DNA of 64,000 nt, from the NCBI GenBank assembly GCA_002269645.1, contig NIVC01002487.1, positions 64,244 through 128,243 on the forward strand, in the 5' to 3' direction. A program made the translations under genes and the position numbers. Below are positions 1-23,800 of the stretch, piece by piece. Origin of the DNA: Macrostomum lignano (taxonomy: Eukaryota). The notes beneath the pieces are model-generated. The model was given only the letters and a program-made list of their open reading frames with translations, was not told the origin of the DNA and did no database searches. Within the stretch, counting starts at the first letter, position 1; every line of letters starts with the position of its first letter.

Positions 1-299
1 AAGAATAATAAGTTTTATAAGCTTAAAATACAAAATCCAATGTTTAATCTGCCTTGGTTAGTAACTACAGTCAGCTAAGTAAGTTAATGAACTCCAAGGG
101 TATACTGATCAAATTTTATTAGTCGGCTAACGCTTATTTCCTGTTTTATTTGCTTTTATTTTTACTTAAAGTAGACGAATTCGCTTATTAAGGAAAAGAA
201 AAGGTAAAAGCGAAAGAAAAAAAGACACTATAAAAACAAAGACTTTTTATAGTGTCTGTAGCTCAGTCTTCATACACGTGTAGTCTAGCTATAGGCAAG

Positions 300-990
300 T
301 TAGATACAGGCAAAGCTAGTGTCATTGAGTCGGCTAAAATTAGTGTCATTGGGGGCGCTTAAATTAGTGTCATTAGGTCCGCTAAAAGTAGTGTCATTAG
401 GTCCGCTAAAATTACTGTCATTGGGGTGCTAAAATTTGGTGTCATTGGAGCGCTAATATTAGTGTCATTAGGTCCGCTAAAATTAGTGTCATTAGGTCCG
501 CTAAAATTAGTGTCATTAGGTCCACCAAAATGTGTCAAATGGGGTGCTAAAATTAGTGTCATTAGGTCCGCTAAAATTAGTGTCATTAGGTCCGCTAAAA
601 TTAGTGTCATTAGGTCCGCTAAAAGTAGTGTCATTAGGTCCGCCAAAATGTGTCATTGGGGTGCTAAATTTAGTGTCATTGGGGTGCTAAAATTAGTGTC
701 ATTGGGGTGCTAAAATTAGTGTCATTGGGGTGCTAAAATTAGTGTCATTGGGGTGCTAAAATTAGTGTCATTAGGTCCGCTAAATTTAGTGTCATTGGGG
801 TGCTAAAATTAGTGTCATTGGGGTGCTAAAATTAGTGTCATTGGGGTGCTAAAATTAGTGTCATTGGGGTGCTAAAATTAGTGTCATTAGGTCCGCTAAA
901 TTTAGTGTCATTGGGGTGCTAAAATTAGTGTCATTGGGGTGCTAAAATTAGTGCCATTACGAGCGTAGGTCCGCTAAAAGTAGTGTCATT
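300..990. repeat. Minisatellite with two interleaved units, 23 bp (CTAAAATTAGTGTCATTGGGGTG) and 24 bp (CTAAAATTAGTGTCATTAGGTCCG)
   Basis: Direct reading shows about 28 tandem units. The array explains ORFs 359..646 and 426..713. Confidence 0.95.
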
Positions 991-1182
991 GCAGCCCTAA
1001 AAATGAGTCGCATGTGTCAAAAATAAAGCCTCATACATGTACGTACAACTCAAGTGCCATGCTGAATCAATAAAATACGCGCAAAAAATTATTTACAAGT
1101 ATATTATTTAGCAAACTAAAAAAATTCAACCAAGGTTTGAAAAGTTTTGAAGACCGATTTCTCAATAAGCCGCGCAGGTCAA

Positions 1183-9431
<8,249 letters not shown>

Positions 9432-10189
9432 TGCTGCTTTTATTTTATTATTGAAGTGAAAAGACACGATAGGAAGACGCAACCGTCACCGCCAACCCCA
9501 ACGCCGGAGCTACAATGCTAGTATGGAATAGTCGTTATAGTTGCGTAGCTTCTTCCTTAACAACAGAGCTATAGGAATATTGGATCGAAAAGCTCCCGCC
9601 TAGCAGCTGTTAGTGGCCGTGCACTGACGGGGGTCTGACTGAAGTTGCAACTGTGAATGAACGATCGTCCAATTGACAAGTTTAAAATTATATATTCAAC
9701 TCTGACTGTGAGTATATATAGCGCGTAACGTGTGTGTGTTAGGGGTGTCACGCAGTGAATATTGCGAACTCACGATATATGCACAAGAGTTGGTTACACA
9801 AGTCAACTCGCTGACCACCTCCTAATAGCTTAGCTCTGTTGCTAGACAGAGAAGGGAGAGAAAGAGAGAGAGAGAAAAGAGTAGAAATTGAAAGAAGGAG
9901 CTCAGGAAAAAAAGCAAGGGAAGAGAGAAATTGCATTGACAGTGTCGGGGGTAGGTACGTGTATAGGCAGATATCGACCCGCAATAGGAGAAATAACTCC
10001 CGCGTTCTTAGCGACTTCCTATTGATTGTACAGCCGGGAAGAATATCTAAATGTATTCGAAATTGTTGTCTCGATTCGGAATGCAAGAAAACAGACTGAT
10101 TTTTTCGCTCGAATACTACTTATAGTATACGCCAAAGTTGAGAATGTAACGCTGGAAAAAAAGCTGTTAGGCAGTTGTTAGAGTAATCA

Positions 10190-10740
10190 TGTGACACATT
10201 GTCTACATCGTGTGACACATATTGTCTGCATCGTGTGACACATTGTCTACATCGTGTGACACATATTGTCTGCATCGTGTGACACATATTGTCTACATCG
10301 TGTGACACATATTGTCTGCATCGTGTGACACACATTGTCTACATCGTGTGCACATATTGTCTACATGGTGTGACACATATTGTCTGATCGTGTGACAATA
10401 TTGTCTACATCGTGTGACCATATTGTCTTGCATCGTGTGACACATTGTCTACATCTTTGTGATACATATTTTCTCCATCGTGTGACACATATTGTCTACA
10501 TCGTGTGACACATATTGTCGACATTGTGTGACACATTGTCTACATGGTGTGACACATTGTCTACATTGAGTGACACATATTGTCTACATTGAGTGACATA
10601 TATTGTCTACATTGAGTGACACATATTGTCTACATTGTGTGACACATATTGTCTACATTGAGTGACCCAGTTTGTCGACATTGAGTGACACATATTGTCT
10701 ACATCTTGTTACATATTGTCTAAACTGTGTGACACATGCT
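10190..10740. repeat. 21/23-bp minisatellite (ATCGTGTGACACATATTGTCTAC)
   Basis: Direct reading; lies between the divergent GRAMD4 and PQLC3 starts. Confidence 0.9.
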
Positions 10741-11478
10741 GTCTACAAAAAACAAACAGATTTTTTGAAAAAACTCCAGCTAGTAGTATAGAGTCGAATT
10801 TATGCAAGTTCATCAAACATCAGGGTGTCCACTTGGTATTTGAACACTGTCGTTGGGATATAACCGTACACTTTGTCTGTGACTTTGTCTTTGAGATTTC
10901 ACTGCAATAAATTGCAATAAAGTAATGCAAGTAGATTACAAAATTGAACACTCCTTTCTCAACTCAACTCTATGCATCCAATCTCAGCTATATAAAGACG
11001 TCCTTTTATACTAACCATGTAAGACGCAGATACGCAACTCAAAAAAGCCATTAGTCTCTATGAGTCAAGGGAATTCGTTAAGTACTTAATCTTCCCCTGT
11101 AATCTGCAGTGAGAAATCTGATACAGCTTCAAGCTTATGGATTGGCTAAATGGTCAATAATGCATTCCTATAATTCTAAGGCTTTGGCTAGAGCTATAGG
11201 GGAGAGAAATCCTGCCTGTTAATCTCCCACGCAGTGCATTTTACATAGGATTAACTAAATGAAGGGGAAGAGAGGGTGAAGCAAGATGACTGGATCAAAG
11301 AGCTGAACTATATAGCTCAGAAATGTACATCCAATAAATGAAATATGAGCACATGCCGACCGCTTCCATGTCAACATACATTCTGCTCTGAGCAATAAAT
11401 AGGCCCTACTCACAGCTACACAAAGCTCAAGAGAGGAATCAAACCGTCAGTTCTATACAAACCGCCATCTCAGTTGTC

Positions 11479-13937
<2,459 letters not shown>

Positions 13938-14344
13938 GCTTGTCGTGAGCCAACTTTTAATACATTAGGATGGCTACTGTGAAAAAATAATTGGACTTTT
14001 ATCAGCTATATCTGAAAATATCAGCGAGAATCAATTAGTTAAATTAAACATAGATTTAAATTTAAAAAATTTTAGAACTATTCTGAAAGGTAAATCGATC
14101 AATAACGAGTACTCGTATTATTTTGCCTATGTCGAACCAGAGATGAGCCTGCGTGCCGCACACTCTTCGCCAGATATAAATTTGAATGAACTAATATAAT
14201 TTGATTTGAATTTATATGAATGAACTTTCAGGAAGCTAAACAAAATCACTTTATGTACGAGCGTAGCTTCGATTCATTGATACCGCCTGATCAAGTTGTT
14301 TTGATTGTAGGATATGAGCCCAATGTATAGATATATGTAACTAT

Positions 14345-14770
14345 AGGGGTGGGTGTCTGCCCTAGATAACTGGGGTGAGTGTCTGCTCTAGATAACTGGG
14401 GGTGGTTGTCGGCCCTAGATAACTGGGGATGGGTGTCGGTCCTAGATAACTGGGGGTGGTTGTCGGTCCTAGAAAACTGGGGCGGGTGGTGTCGGCCCTA
14501 GATAACTGGGGTTGGGTGTCGGCCCTAGATAACTGGGGATGGTTGTCGGCCCTAGATAACTGGGGATGGGTGTCGGTCCTAGATAACTGGGGGTGGTTGT
14601 CGGTCCTAGAAAACTGGGACGGGTGGTGTCTGCCCTAGATAACTGGGGTTGGGTGTCGGCCCTAGATAACGGGATGGTTGTCGGCCCTAGATAACTGGGG
14701 GAGGGTGTCTGCCCTAGATAACTGGGGGTGGGTGTCGGTCCTAGATAACTAGGGGAAGGGTTCTGTCCTT
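14345..14770. repeat. 27-bp minisatellite, second locus of the 12690-13100 family
   Basis: Same unit and orientation, downstream of the PQLC3 stop. Confidence 0.9.
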
Positions 14771-14822
14771 GGGGATGGGGTGAGGGAAGGAATGCTACAG
14801 TGAATAATTATACCTCAAAAAG

Positions 14823-15191
14823 GGGGCCCATCATAAGCTCGAAAAATCACATCGTCGAAAAGTTTAGCAACCACCATCACAAGCTCGAAAAGTCACCAAT
14901 CTCGAAAAACCCAATTCTCGAAAACTGATTTAGCAGCCATTTATTAAAATTATGTAAAAAGTAAACTTCCACTAATGTTGTTTTATTTTTCAGTTTTTTA
15001 AGCGGTTAAGCGAAATAGAGCAGTTAAATTCTTTAGCGTCTTTTATCTCTTAAGTGAAAACGAAACTTAAATTATGTAGGGCAGCGTAATACTATGTTAT
15101 TGTACTGTACTACAATGTAATTGTGACTTTTCGAGCTTGTGATGGAGCCCTGTTTCGACGATGTGATTTTTCGAGCTTATGATGGCGACCC
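14823..15191. mobile_element. MITE, Mutator/MULE-like
   Basis: Imperfect TIRs of about 70 bp: GGG..CCATCATAAGCTCGAAAAATCACATCGTCGAAA..CCATCACAAGCTCGAAAAGTCAC on the left, with its reverse complement at 15121-15191. 9-bp TSD CTCAAAAAG at 14814-14822 and 15192-15200. Confidence 0.8.
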
Positions 15192-15607
15192 CTCAAAAAG
15201 CACGCTGTCAGTTTATTAAAAGTTTGAACAAATCAAACACGCGGACAGATTCAAAGTTCATTCAAAATAGTATTTCTGCTCAAATTCCCTCTCTTATTTA
15301 CAAGAAGCAGTGCTGTAGTTCATAAAAAAATCGACCAAATACAGTACTTAACCAGTTTGAAACGAAGTTTTACGAACAAGCGAGCAATCGCTTCCATTTA
15401 ACTGTTTTATTTCAAATTGTTTGTTTTTTGTTTAAGATCGGATGTAAATAAAGGGATATTCAGAGAAAAATACACGTAAAAACTTAGCGGACAATAAAGA
15501 ATTGCGAGAGCAAGTGCTGCTGCGTTTCATCGGTATACAAAACACCAAAATAGAGCAAAATGAATCAGTTGACAGGTGAGGTTCAGTTGAAAAAATTACC
15601 ACCATTT

Positions 15608-18600
15608 TTAGCGCCGCGTCGGTTTCTCGTTGAGCACGGTTACCTTTTTAGTAACTTTCTTTTGAGCAGCCTGCGTAGCAACCGTTTTTTCTATTTTGCT
15701 ATCAGCCGATCCGGTCTCATTGTCCGATTCGCACTCGATTAGCAGCGAGGCGGCGTCTCGATCTCCGACAGCGTTCGACTGACCGCTGTTAACGGCCAGA
15801 GCGGCGCTGAACTCGTCATTTTCGTCGGCGTTGTCTTCAATCAGGTGCTGCTTCTTCTCAATATTAGCCGTGTTGGTCATGATGGTCTTGGTTGACTCGG
15901 CCGGGAACTCCATCCGGTCCATGTAGTACCGGTTGGCGGGATCGTCGCGTCCTTCACCGCGAACTCTCGGTCCGCCAATCACCGTGGCTGCCGGCTTCAA
16001 TTTCTCACCCTTGGGCAAGTTGACGTACAAAGTGACCGTGTCGTCGTTGCACTGCACCAGGCGTTGCAGTATGGCATTGTTCTTAATATCGTTGACATCC
16101 TTGATCTCCGCTCGGAGTCGATTGTCGGTGAAAAAGTCGCCCAAATTGTAGCGATTCTCAACACGGTGATCTTGACGCACTCTCGAACGTAGCCGAAAAT
16201 CTCCGGCCGGAAGCGCAACTTCTCGGCGTCGTCGATGCCCATAAAGTAGTCCCGGAACTCGTGGTCGCTAATCCGGCTGAAATAATCCAGCCAGCCGCCG
16301 TCCGCCAGGGTTTTCGTTGCCAACTGCAGCGCCGCGTGGAAGGAAGTCTTCTTGTCCAGCCGGTGGCACTTGGACAGCAGGCCGCACAGCAGGGCGATGC
16401 AGCAGTCGCAGTCGAATTCGTACAGAGCGCTGGGCCACTCGGTGTTCGGCTCGCGATTCCTTGGCTTGAACGGCGGCAGGGCTTCAAGACGTTTTCGACG
16501 GCCCTCCTTGGGATTGAAGGGCAGCATTGGTTCGCCGCTCAGCTTGAAGATGCCTTCGTTGATAAAGGTCTCGGCAGCTTTGATCAAGTTGACGGTGGAT
16601 TTCAACTTCTTGTCGGCGTAGTAGGCGCTTCGGAGAAGACGGCGCGGATAGGACTTGCAGTTGTTGATGACCTGCAATGCGGCTGTCAGTCTGTTAGTCT
16701 AGTGTGCAGGGGTTCTGGCCTAGCGAGATGGGGGAGAGTGGCTCAGTGGTGACCGCGCCTGACTCCCGAGCTACAGTGTACATGCCTGACGATTAGACAG
16801 TCAAAGGGCCGCTGTACACCCTGTGTGAGCGGGTGTGTGAGTGCGTGCCTGAGTACAGTATTGGCACGCTTGTATATTCCCACTTGATGCTGTGAGCAGG
16901 CAAGAACTCGCACAGGGCCCTAGTAGGATACGAGGGCTTGTAGAGTACATGTACACCCTTGATGTACAGCAAGAATGCCTTACATCAAACATTCTTATTT
17001 GGCCAGCTTATTCATTACCTTTTCAGCATCCCGGACCAGAGTGATTTTCATAGCCCTGGTTGGCTGGCAAAGATAGTTCAAATTGAAGTGCTCTGTTGGT
17101 CGTTTGAGCACAGCGCTAGCAAGTCGAGCCACGTTCATTGAGCTCCGCTTAGTAAACAATATGTAAAAAGCGTAATCCATGAAATCGTCGAACCACATGT
17201 TGGTCTCAACGAAGCGTTTCCTATATACTAAGCGAAACGGTTCCATTGGGAACCAATTGTTGTGCACGAGCATCAGGTGCAGGATATCGTAGGCTTCGCA
17301 TAGCATAGCCAGGTTGTGGTCGTACATGCACATTAGATCGCCGTAGCGGTCACCGAAGCAGGTCACAAACTGTGGCTGTCTGCAACAGTTTCAAATATTA
17401 GGGGTTTTAGCCTTTGAAGATGGGTTAGATTATGGTCCAGGTTAGGTACTTGAGTAACATAAACGACTCTATAAAGCGACGGGAGACACAGAGATGATGG
17501 AAAAGACACCAGAGTGACGTGGAAGACAACAGAGTGACAAGGGAGACATTAGAGTGACGGGGGAGACATTAGAGTTACGTGGATGACAACAGGGTGACGG
17601 GGGAGACACCAGAGTGACGTGGAAGACAACAGAGTGACGGGGGAGACATTAGAGTGACGGGGGAGACATTAGAGTGACGTGGATGACAACAGGGTGACGG
17701 GGGAGACAACAGAGTGACAGGGGAGACAACAGAGTGACGGGGGAGACATTAGAGTGACGTGGATGACAACAGGGTGACGGGGAGACAACAGAGTGACCGG
17801 GAGACAACAGAGTGACAGGGGAGACAACAGAGTGACAGGGGAGACAACAGAGTGACGGGGAGACATTAGAGTGACGTGGATGACAACAGGGTGACGGGGG
17901 AGACAACAGAGTGACAGGGGAGACAACAGAGTGACGGGGGAGACATTAGAGTGACGTGGATGACAACAGGGTGACGGGGGAGACAACAGAGTGACGGGGG
18001 AGACATTAGAGTGACGTGGATGACAACAGGGTGACGGGGGAGACAACAGAGTGACAGGGGAGACAACAGAGTGACGGGGGAGACATTAGAGTGACGTGGA
18101 TGACAACAGGGTGACGGGGGAGACAACAGAGTGACCGGGGAGACAACAGAGTGACAGGGGAGACAACAGAGTGACAGGGGAGACAACAGAGTGACAGGGG
18201 AGACAACAGAGTGACAGGGGAGACATTAGAGTGACGTGGAAGACAACAAGTGAAGGGGGAGACATTAGAGTGACGTGGATGACAACAGGGTGACGGGGGA
18301 GACAACAGAGTGACAGGGGAGACAACAGAGTGACAGGGGAGACATTAGAGTGACGTGGAAGACAACAGAGTGACAGGGGAGACACCGAATGGATATGGAG
18401 ACACTACTCGTATGTGACGGCGAAGACACCGGGAACGAAAGGACAGACGGCAGAATCACCTGGCCAAAATGTGCTTCTTGTTGGTATCCCTATTGATGCA
18501 CTCGACCAGCTGCCTGGCGGCTTTCATCTTGCCCAGGTAGATGGCCAGCCCCAGCGGCGTGAGGTACATGACGGTGTGCCGTCCGAACAGAGAACCAGCC

Positions 18601-18962
18601 GAACTGGAAGTGTCGTACATCTCCGGCCGGTCGAGTATCTGGAAGTACTTTGACTTGGTGACGACAAACTGTTTGTTGCCTTTCATCACGGTATGCTGCT
18701 GCTGAATAGCGTTCGGGTCCGGATCGAAGCGAAGCAGACTATTCGTGACCTTGTCGGACAGAACACGATCGAGTTCCTTCTCGTTTTCGCTGACTACGGT
18801 GTTAATTAGCCAGGTAGTTGTCGGATGATACATGTCGAAAAATCTTGGCACCATTAAGTAGGGCGTTTTATTGGCCTTCTCAAATTTTTGCAATTTCCGC
18901 GCGGTGTGCTTCCGGTACCTGTGCACCTGCGGCTCCGGCAGGCGGACCATGGTTCGAGTCAT
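15608..18962 (-). CDS. Uncharacterised protein of about 640 aa with one ankyrin-like motif; 1-nt frameshift in exon 3
   Basis: Exons 18962-18460, 17379-17019 and 16671-15608, with phase-matched GT..AG junctions. Strong GC3 coding bias. LTPLGLAIYLGKMKAARQLVE resembles an ankyrin repeat. ORFs 15997..16677 and 15608..16180 overlap in different frames, and exon 3 length is 3n+2. Confidence 0.7.
16730..17000 (+). mobile_element. tRNA-derived SINE (internally deleted) in intron 2 of the orphan gene
   Basis: Head GGGAGAGTGGCTCAGTGGTGACCGCGCCTGACTC contains a Pol III A-box-like TGGCTCAGTGG. Body is shared with 9085-9180 and 26480-26655. Confidence 0.6.
17480..18385. repeat. 20-bp minisatellite with 40-bp composite variant (GGGAGACAACAGAGTGACAG / GGGAGACATTAGAGTGACGTGGATGACAACAGGGTGACGG)
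   Basis: Fills intron 1 of the orphan gene and explains ORFs 17649..18459. Confidence 0.95.
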
Positions 18963-19634
18963 GCTGACTTCTGCTCGATTAAGTAAATAATTGGAAACAC
19001 AAACCCGACAATTCGCTTTTTTCTAGCTCTTAGCGGCGCTCTCGCTTGTGCTTTCGTTATTTAACCAACTATTGCACGAACTTTGATTGAAGTTGGCGAA
19101 AGGTGCCCCCCCCCCGAGGCCGATTGTACAGAGGCCATAGAAATATCAAGCCGGTAGCTGGTTGCCGAGGCTCAATGCCGCTCAACGATATTTACCATAG
19201 ATTTTCGTTAATCATAGATAAGTCGAAGCTAGAAATTACTGACAGCAATTATTTTATTGTTATAAATATCGCATTTATAATGCAGCAAGTCTCTAAATGG
19301 GCAATCAATGAAAATGTAATATATTTGAGTGTTTATCATAAGCATAAGAATTGCATCAATATATAAGGATTAATTAGACAAGTAAGAATTCATAAATTGA
19401 CTAAATAAACCGAGCAGATCAAATGAAACAAGAATATTTAGTTTGTTTTAAGAAGCTTGTTTAGTTAGTAAATTACACACTACCGATTAGCATTAGTGTT
19501 CCTGCTTTTTATTAGCTAGAAATCCTGTTTGAATAGCATTCAAAACGACGGCGAATAAATATATTTGGAGAATAACAAGTGTTTGTTTTCGATGCCTACA
19601 ATCTATATACATGCAAACTCCCAACATGATTAAG

Positions 19635-20735
19635 GGAGGCTGGCCCAGCAACTGAGGATCTGGGAGGCTGGTAGGGCCCAGCAACTGAGGATCTGGGAGG
19701 CTGGTAGGGCCCAGCAACTGAGGATCTGGGAGGCTGGTGGCTCAGCAACTAAGGATCTGGGAGGCTGGTGGCTCAGCAACTGAGGATCTGGGAGGCTGGT
19801 GGCTCAGAAACTGAGGATCTGGGAGGCTGGTGGTTCAGCAACTGAGGATCTGGGAGGCTGGTAGGGCTCAGCAACTGAGGATCTGGGAGGCTGGTGGCGC
19901 AGCAACTGAGGATCTGGGAGGCTGGTGGCTCAGAAACTGAGGATCTGGGAGGCTGGTGGTTCAGCAACTGAGGATATGGGAGGCTGGTAGGGCTCAGCAA
20001 CTGAGGATATGGGAGGCTGGTAGGGCTCAGCAACTGAGGATCTGGGAGGCTGGTGGCTCAGCAACTGAGGATCTGGGAGGCTGGTGGTTCAGCAACTGAG
20101 GATCTGGGAGGCTGGTGGCTCAGCAACTGAGGATCTGGGAGGCTGGTGGCTCAGAAACTGAGGATCTGGGAGGCTGGTGGCTCAGCAACTGAGGATATGG
20201 GAGGCTGGTAGGGCCCAGCAACTGAGGATCTGGGAGACTGACACAGCAACTGAGGATCTGGAAAGCTGGCAGCCCAGCAACTGAGGATCTGGGAGGCTGG
20301 CCCAGCAACTGAGGATCTGGGAGGCTGGCACAGCAACTGACACTCTGGGAGGCTGGCACAGCAACTGAGGATCTTGGCGGCTGGTACAGCAACTGAGGAT
20401 CTGGGAGACTGACACAGCAACTGAGGATCTGGGAGGCTGGTGGCCCAGTAACTGAGGATCTGGGAGGCTGGCACAGCAGCTGAGGATCTGGGAGGCTGGC
20501 ACAGCAACTGAGGATCTGGGCGGCTGGTACAGCAACTGAGGATCTGGGAGGCTGGCCCAGCAACTGAGGATCTGGGAGGCTGGCCCAGCAACTGAGGATC
20601 TGGGAGGCTGGCCCAGAAACTGAGGATCTGGGAGGCTGGCCCAGCAACTGAGGATCTGGGAGGCTGGCCCAGCAACTGAGGATCTGGGAGGCTGGCCCAG
20701 CAACTGAGGATCTGGGAGGCTGGACCAGAAACTAA
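19635..20735. repeat. 30-34-bp minisatellite (AGCAACTGAGGATCTGGGAGGCTGGTGGCTC)
   Basis: About 35 units between the EXOC7 stop and the orphan gene start. Confidence 0.95.
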
Positions 20736-20814
20736 GAATCTGATGACCCAACCTAGAATAATTTCGAAAAAAAATTAAATCTACAGCATCAGAAGCTACA
20801 ATTCTTGTCAAAAA

Positions 20815-23800
20815 TCAGACTCCGCGAAAGAACTCGTCGAGCATTCGCTCCACATCGTCCTTGGTGAACTTGATGTACTTGTCCTTCTTGGACGTGAACG
20901 GTACGTTGGCATACTTGTCCCGAAACATGACGTACCGATCTAATAGGAAAGCTTTGTTCTCGCGAATGAGATCCTGTCGGAGTTCGGGATCGGGCACCGA
21001 GTAATTGACCTGGGTCTTGTGGACCGCTTGGAATTCTTCGTTGAAGCTCTGCGCGAATTTATTTGATTTAAATAGACTAGTTATGCTACTTAAAGTAGTG
21101 CAAATTAAACGAAGAAATTGTACAAATTGATAGGAAATTTACCTTGAACTTCTCTTTAATCAGAGCCTTATCCTTTTCGGATAGCTAAAATTATTAAAGA
21201 AAATATTCTTTGATTATTAACTATGTTAATAAAAACTTATTTATTTAAAGCAGTAGAATCACTTTTCAAAAAATCGACTCAATGAAATTTTTTAATTAAA
21301 ATGTGTATCAAAAATGCTAGGGCAATGTAAATATAGGCGATTGGATGAAAAATGCTGTGGTACAACTTAATTAAGACGATTTTAAATACTCATCTGATTC
21401 CATATGGGATTTCATAGCTTCTCTGAGCCCTCACTGTCTAACCCAGCCCAGCCCTCACTGTCTAACCTAGCCCAGCCCTCACTGTCTAACCCAGCCCAGC
21501 CCTCACTGTCTAACCTAGCCCAGCCCTCACTGTCTATCCCTGCCCAGCCCTCACTGTCTAACCCTGCCCAGCCCTCACTGTCTAACCTAGCCCAGCCCTC
21601 ACTGTCTAACCCAGCCCAGCCCTCACTGTCTAACCTAGCCCAGCCCTCACTGTCTATCCCTGCCCAGCCCTCACTGTCTATCCCTGCCCAGCCCTCACTG
21701 TCTATCCCTGCCCAGCCCTCACTGTCTATCCCTGCCCAGCCCTCACTGTCTATCCCTGCCCAGCCCTCACTGTCTAACCCAGCCCAGCCCTCACTGTCTA
21801 TCCCTGCCCAGCCCTCACTGTCTATCCCTGCCCAGCCCTCACTGTCTATCCCTGCCCAGCCCTCACTGTCTAACCCAGCCCAGCCCTCACTGTCTATCCC
21901 TGCCCAGCCTTCACTGTCTATCCCAGCGCAGCCCTCACTGTCTATCCCAGCCCAGCCCTCACTGTCTTTCCGAGCCCAGCTCTCACTGTCGATCCCAGCC
22001 CAGCCCTCACTGTCTATCCCAGCGCAGCCCTCACTGTCTATCCGAGCCCAGCTCTCACTGTCGATCCCAGCCCAGCCCTCACTGTCTATCCCAGCGCAGC
22101 CCTCACTGTCTATCCGAGCCCAGCTCTCACTGTCGATCCCAGCACAGCCCTCACTGTCTTTCCCAGCGCAGCTCTCACTGTCTATCCCTGCATACTCCTC
22201 CCCCTCTATCCCTACCTCTATCCTATATGCCACAGTAAAGTGCATAGATACAATGGGAGATGCCAGATCAAATGGTAATCAACGTCAATCTACGGGCGTA
22301 CAAATAATTGAAGACAGACCTAATAGACTTTAGATCAGTACTAGGCAGGCATATAAAGGCACAATAAAATTGAATAACAACTGGTGCAGAAATCCTGTAA
22401 AGGGTGGTAGAAACATTGATCATAATGTACTTTTCCCGGCATTTCGGATGCCATTCGCTGCTGACTTAGCGGCTTGTTCTTCTCCATCACGATTTCAAGC
22501 ACACGAGCCCAGCTAAATTTGGCAGGAGAGGAAGAAAAGAGTGGGGTTTGAAATAAACAAGCTTTGTTATTACTTTTAGTAGACAATAGGCAAAGTAGTA
22601 GTTGAAAACAAGAAATAACATCAACCAATATTTCAGTACAAATCATTAACACTCAAATTTTTGTATTAAAAACGGATTAGTAACTAAAACAGTTGAAGAT
22701 ACATTCTATGCACAATAAATATTACTGTTTGTGACAAGTTCAGAATGCTTTGTTAAAATGTTATTCATTGCAAAATTCGATTTAAATGTCTGCTTCAAAG
22801 TTATCTATGCTTTAAACAACTCCATTAACCATTAAGCTTCTCTAGTGTTAATTGGTGCTCACGGAAGGGGTACCGGTTGTGGGTCGAATAACGTACACGG
22901 GAAAAGGGTGGCGGGTTCAATAAAGTACACGGGGATGAGGGTGGCGGGTTCATTAAAGTACAAGGAGAATAGGGTGGTGGGTTCAATAAAGAACACGAGG
23001 AAGAGGGTGGTGGGTTCATTAAAGTACACGGGAAAAGGGTGGCGGGTTCAATAAAGTACACGGGGATGAGGGTGGCGGGTTCACTAAAGTACACGGGAAA
23101 AGGGTGGCGGGTTCACTAAAGTACACGGGAAAAGGGTGGCGGGTTCACTAAAGTACACGGGGATGAGGGTGGCGGGTTCATTAAAGTACAAGGAGAATAG
23201 GGTGGTGGGTTCATTAAAGTACACGGGAAAAGGGTGGCGGGTTCACTAAAGTACACGGGGATGAGGGTGGCGGGTTCACTAAAGTACACGGGAAAAGGGT
23301 GGCGGGTTCACTAAAGTACACGGGGATGAGGGTGGCGGGTTCACTAAAGTACACGGGAAAAGGGTGGCGGGTTCACTAAAGTACACGGGGATGAGGGTGG
23401 CGGGTTCACTAAAGTACACGGGAAAAGGGTGGCGGGTTCACTAAAGTACACGGGAAAAGGGTGGCGGGTTCACTAAAGTACACGGGAAAAGGGTGGCGGG
23501 TTCACTAAAGTACACGGGGATGAGGGTGGCGGGTTCATTAAAGTACAAGGAGAATAGGGTGGTGGGTTCAATAAAGAACACGAGGAAGAGGGTGGTGGGT
23601 TCAATAAAGAACACGAGGAAGAGGGTGGTGGGTTCATTAAAGTACACGGATAATAGGGTGGTGGGTTCACTAAAGTACACGGGGAAGAGGGTGACGGTCT
23701 CACTAAATTACACGGGGAAGAAGTGGTGGATTCATTAAAGTACACGGGGAAGAGGGCGCGGGCTCACTAAAGTACACGGGGAAGAAGGTGGTGGGTTCAT

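Noticed and set aside
18962-20815. EXOC7 and the orphan gene as a trans-spliced operon
   Set aside because: The genes are co-oriented and 1.85 kb apart, but the gap is mostly a tandem array, and nothing in the sequence alone distinguishes an operon from independent promoters.
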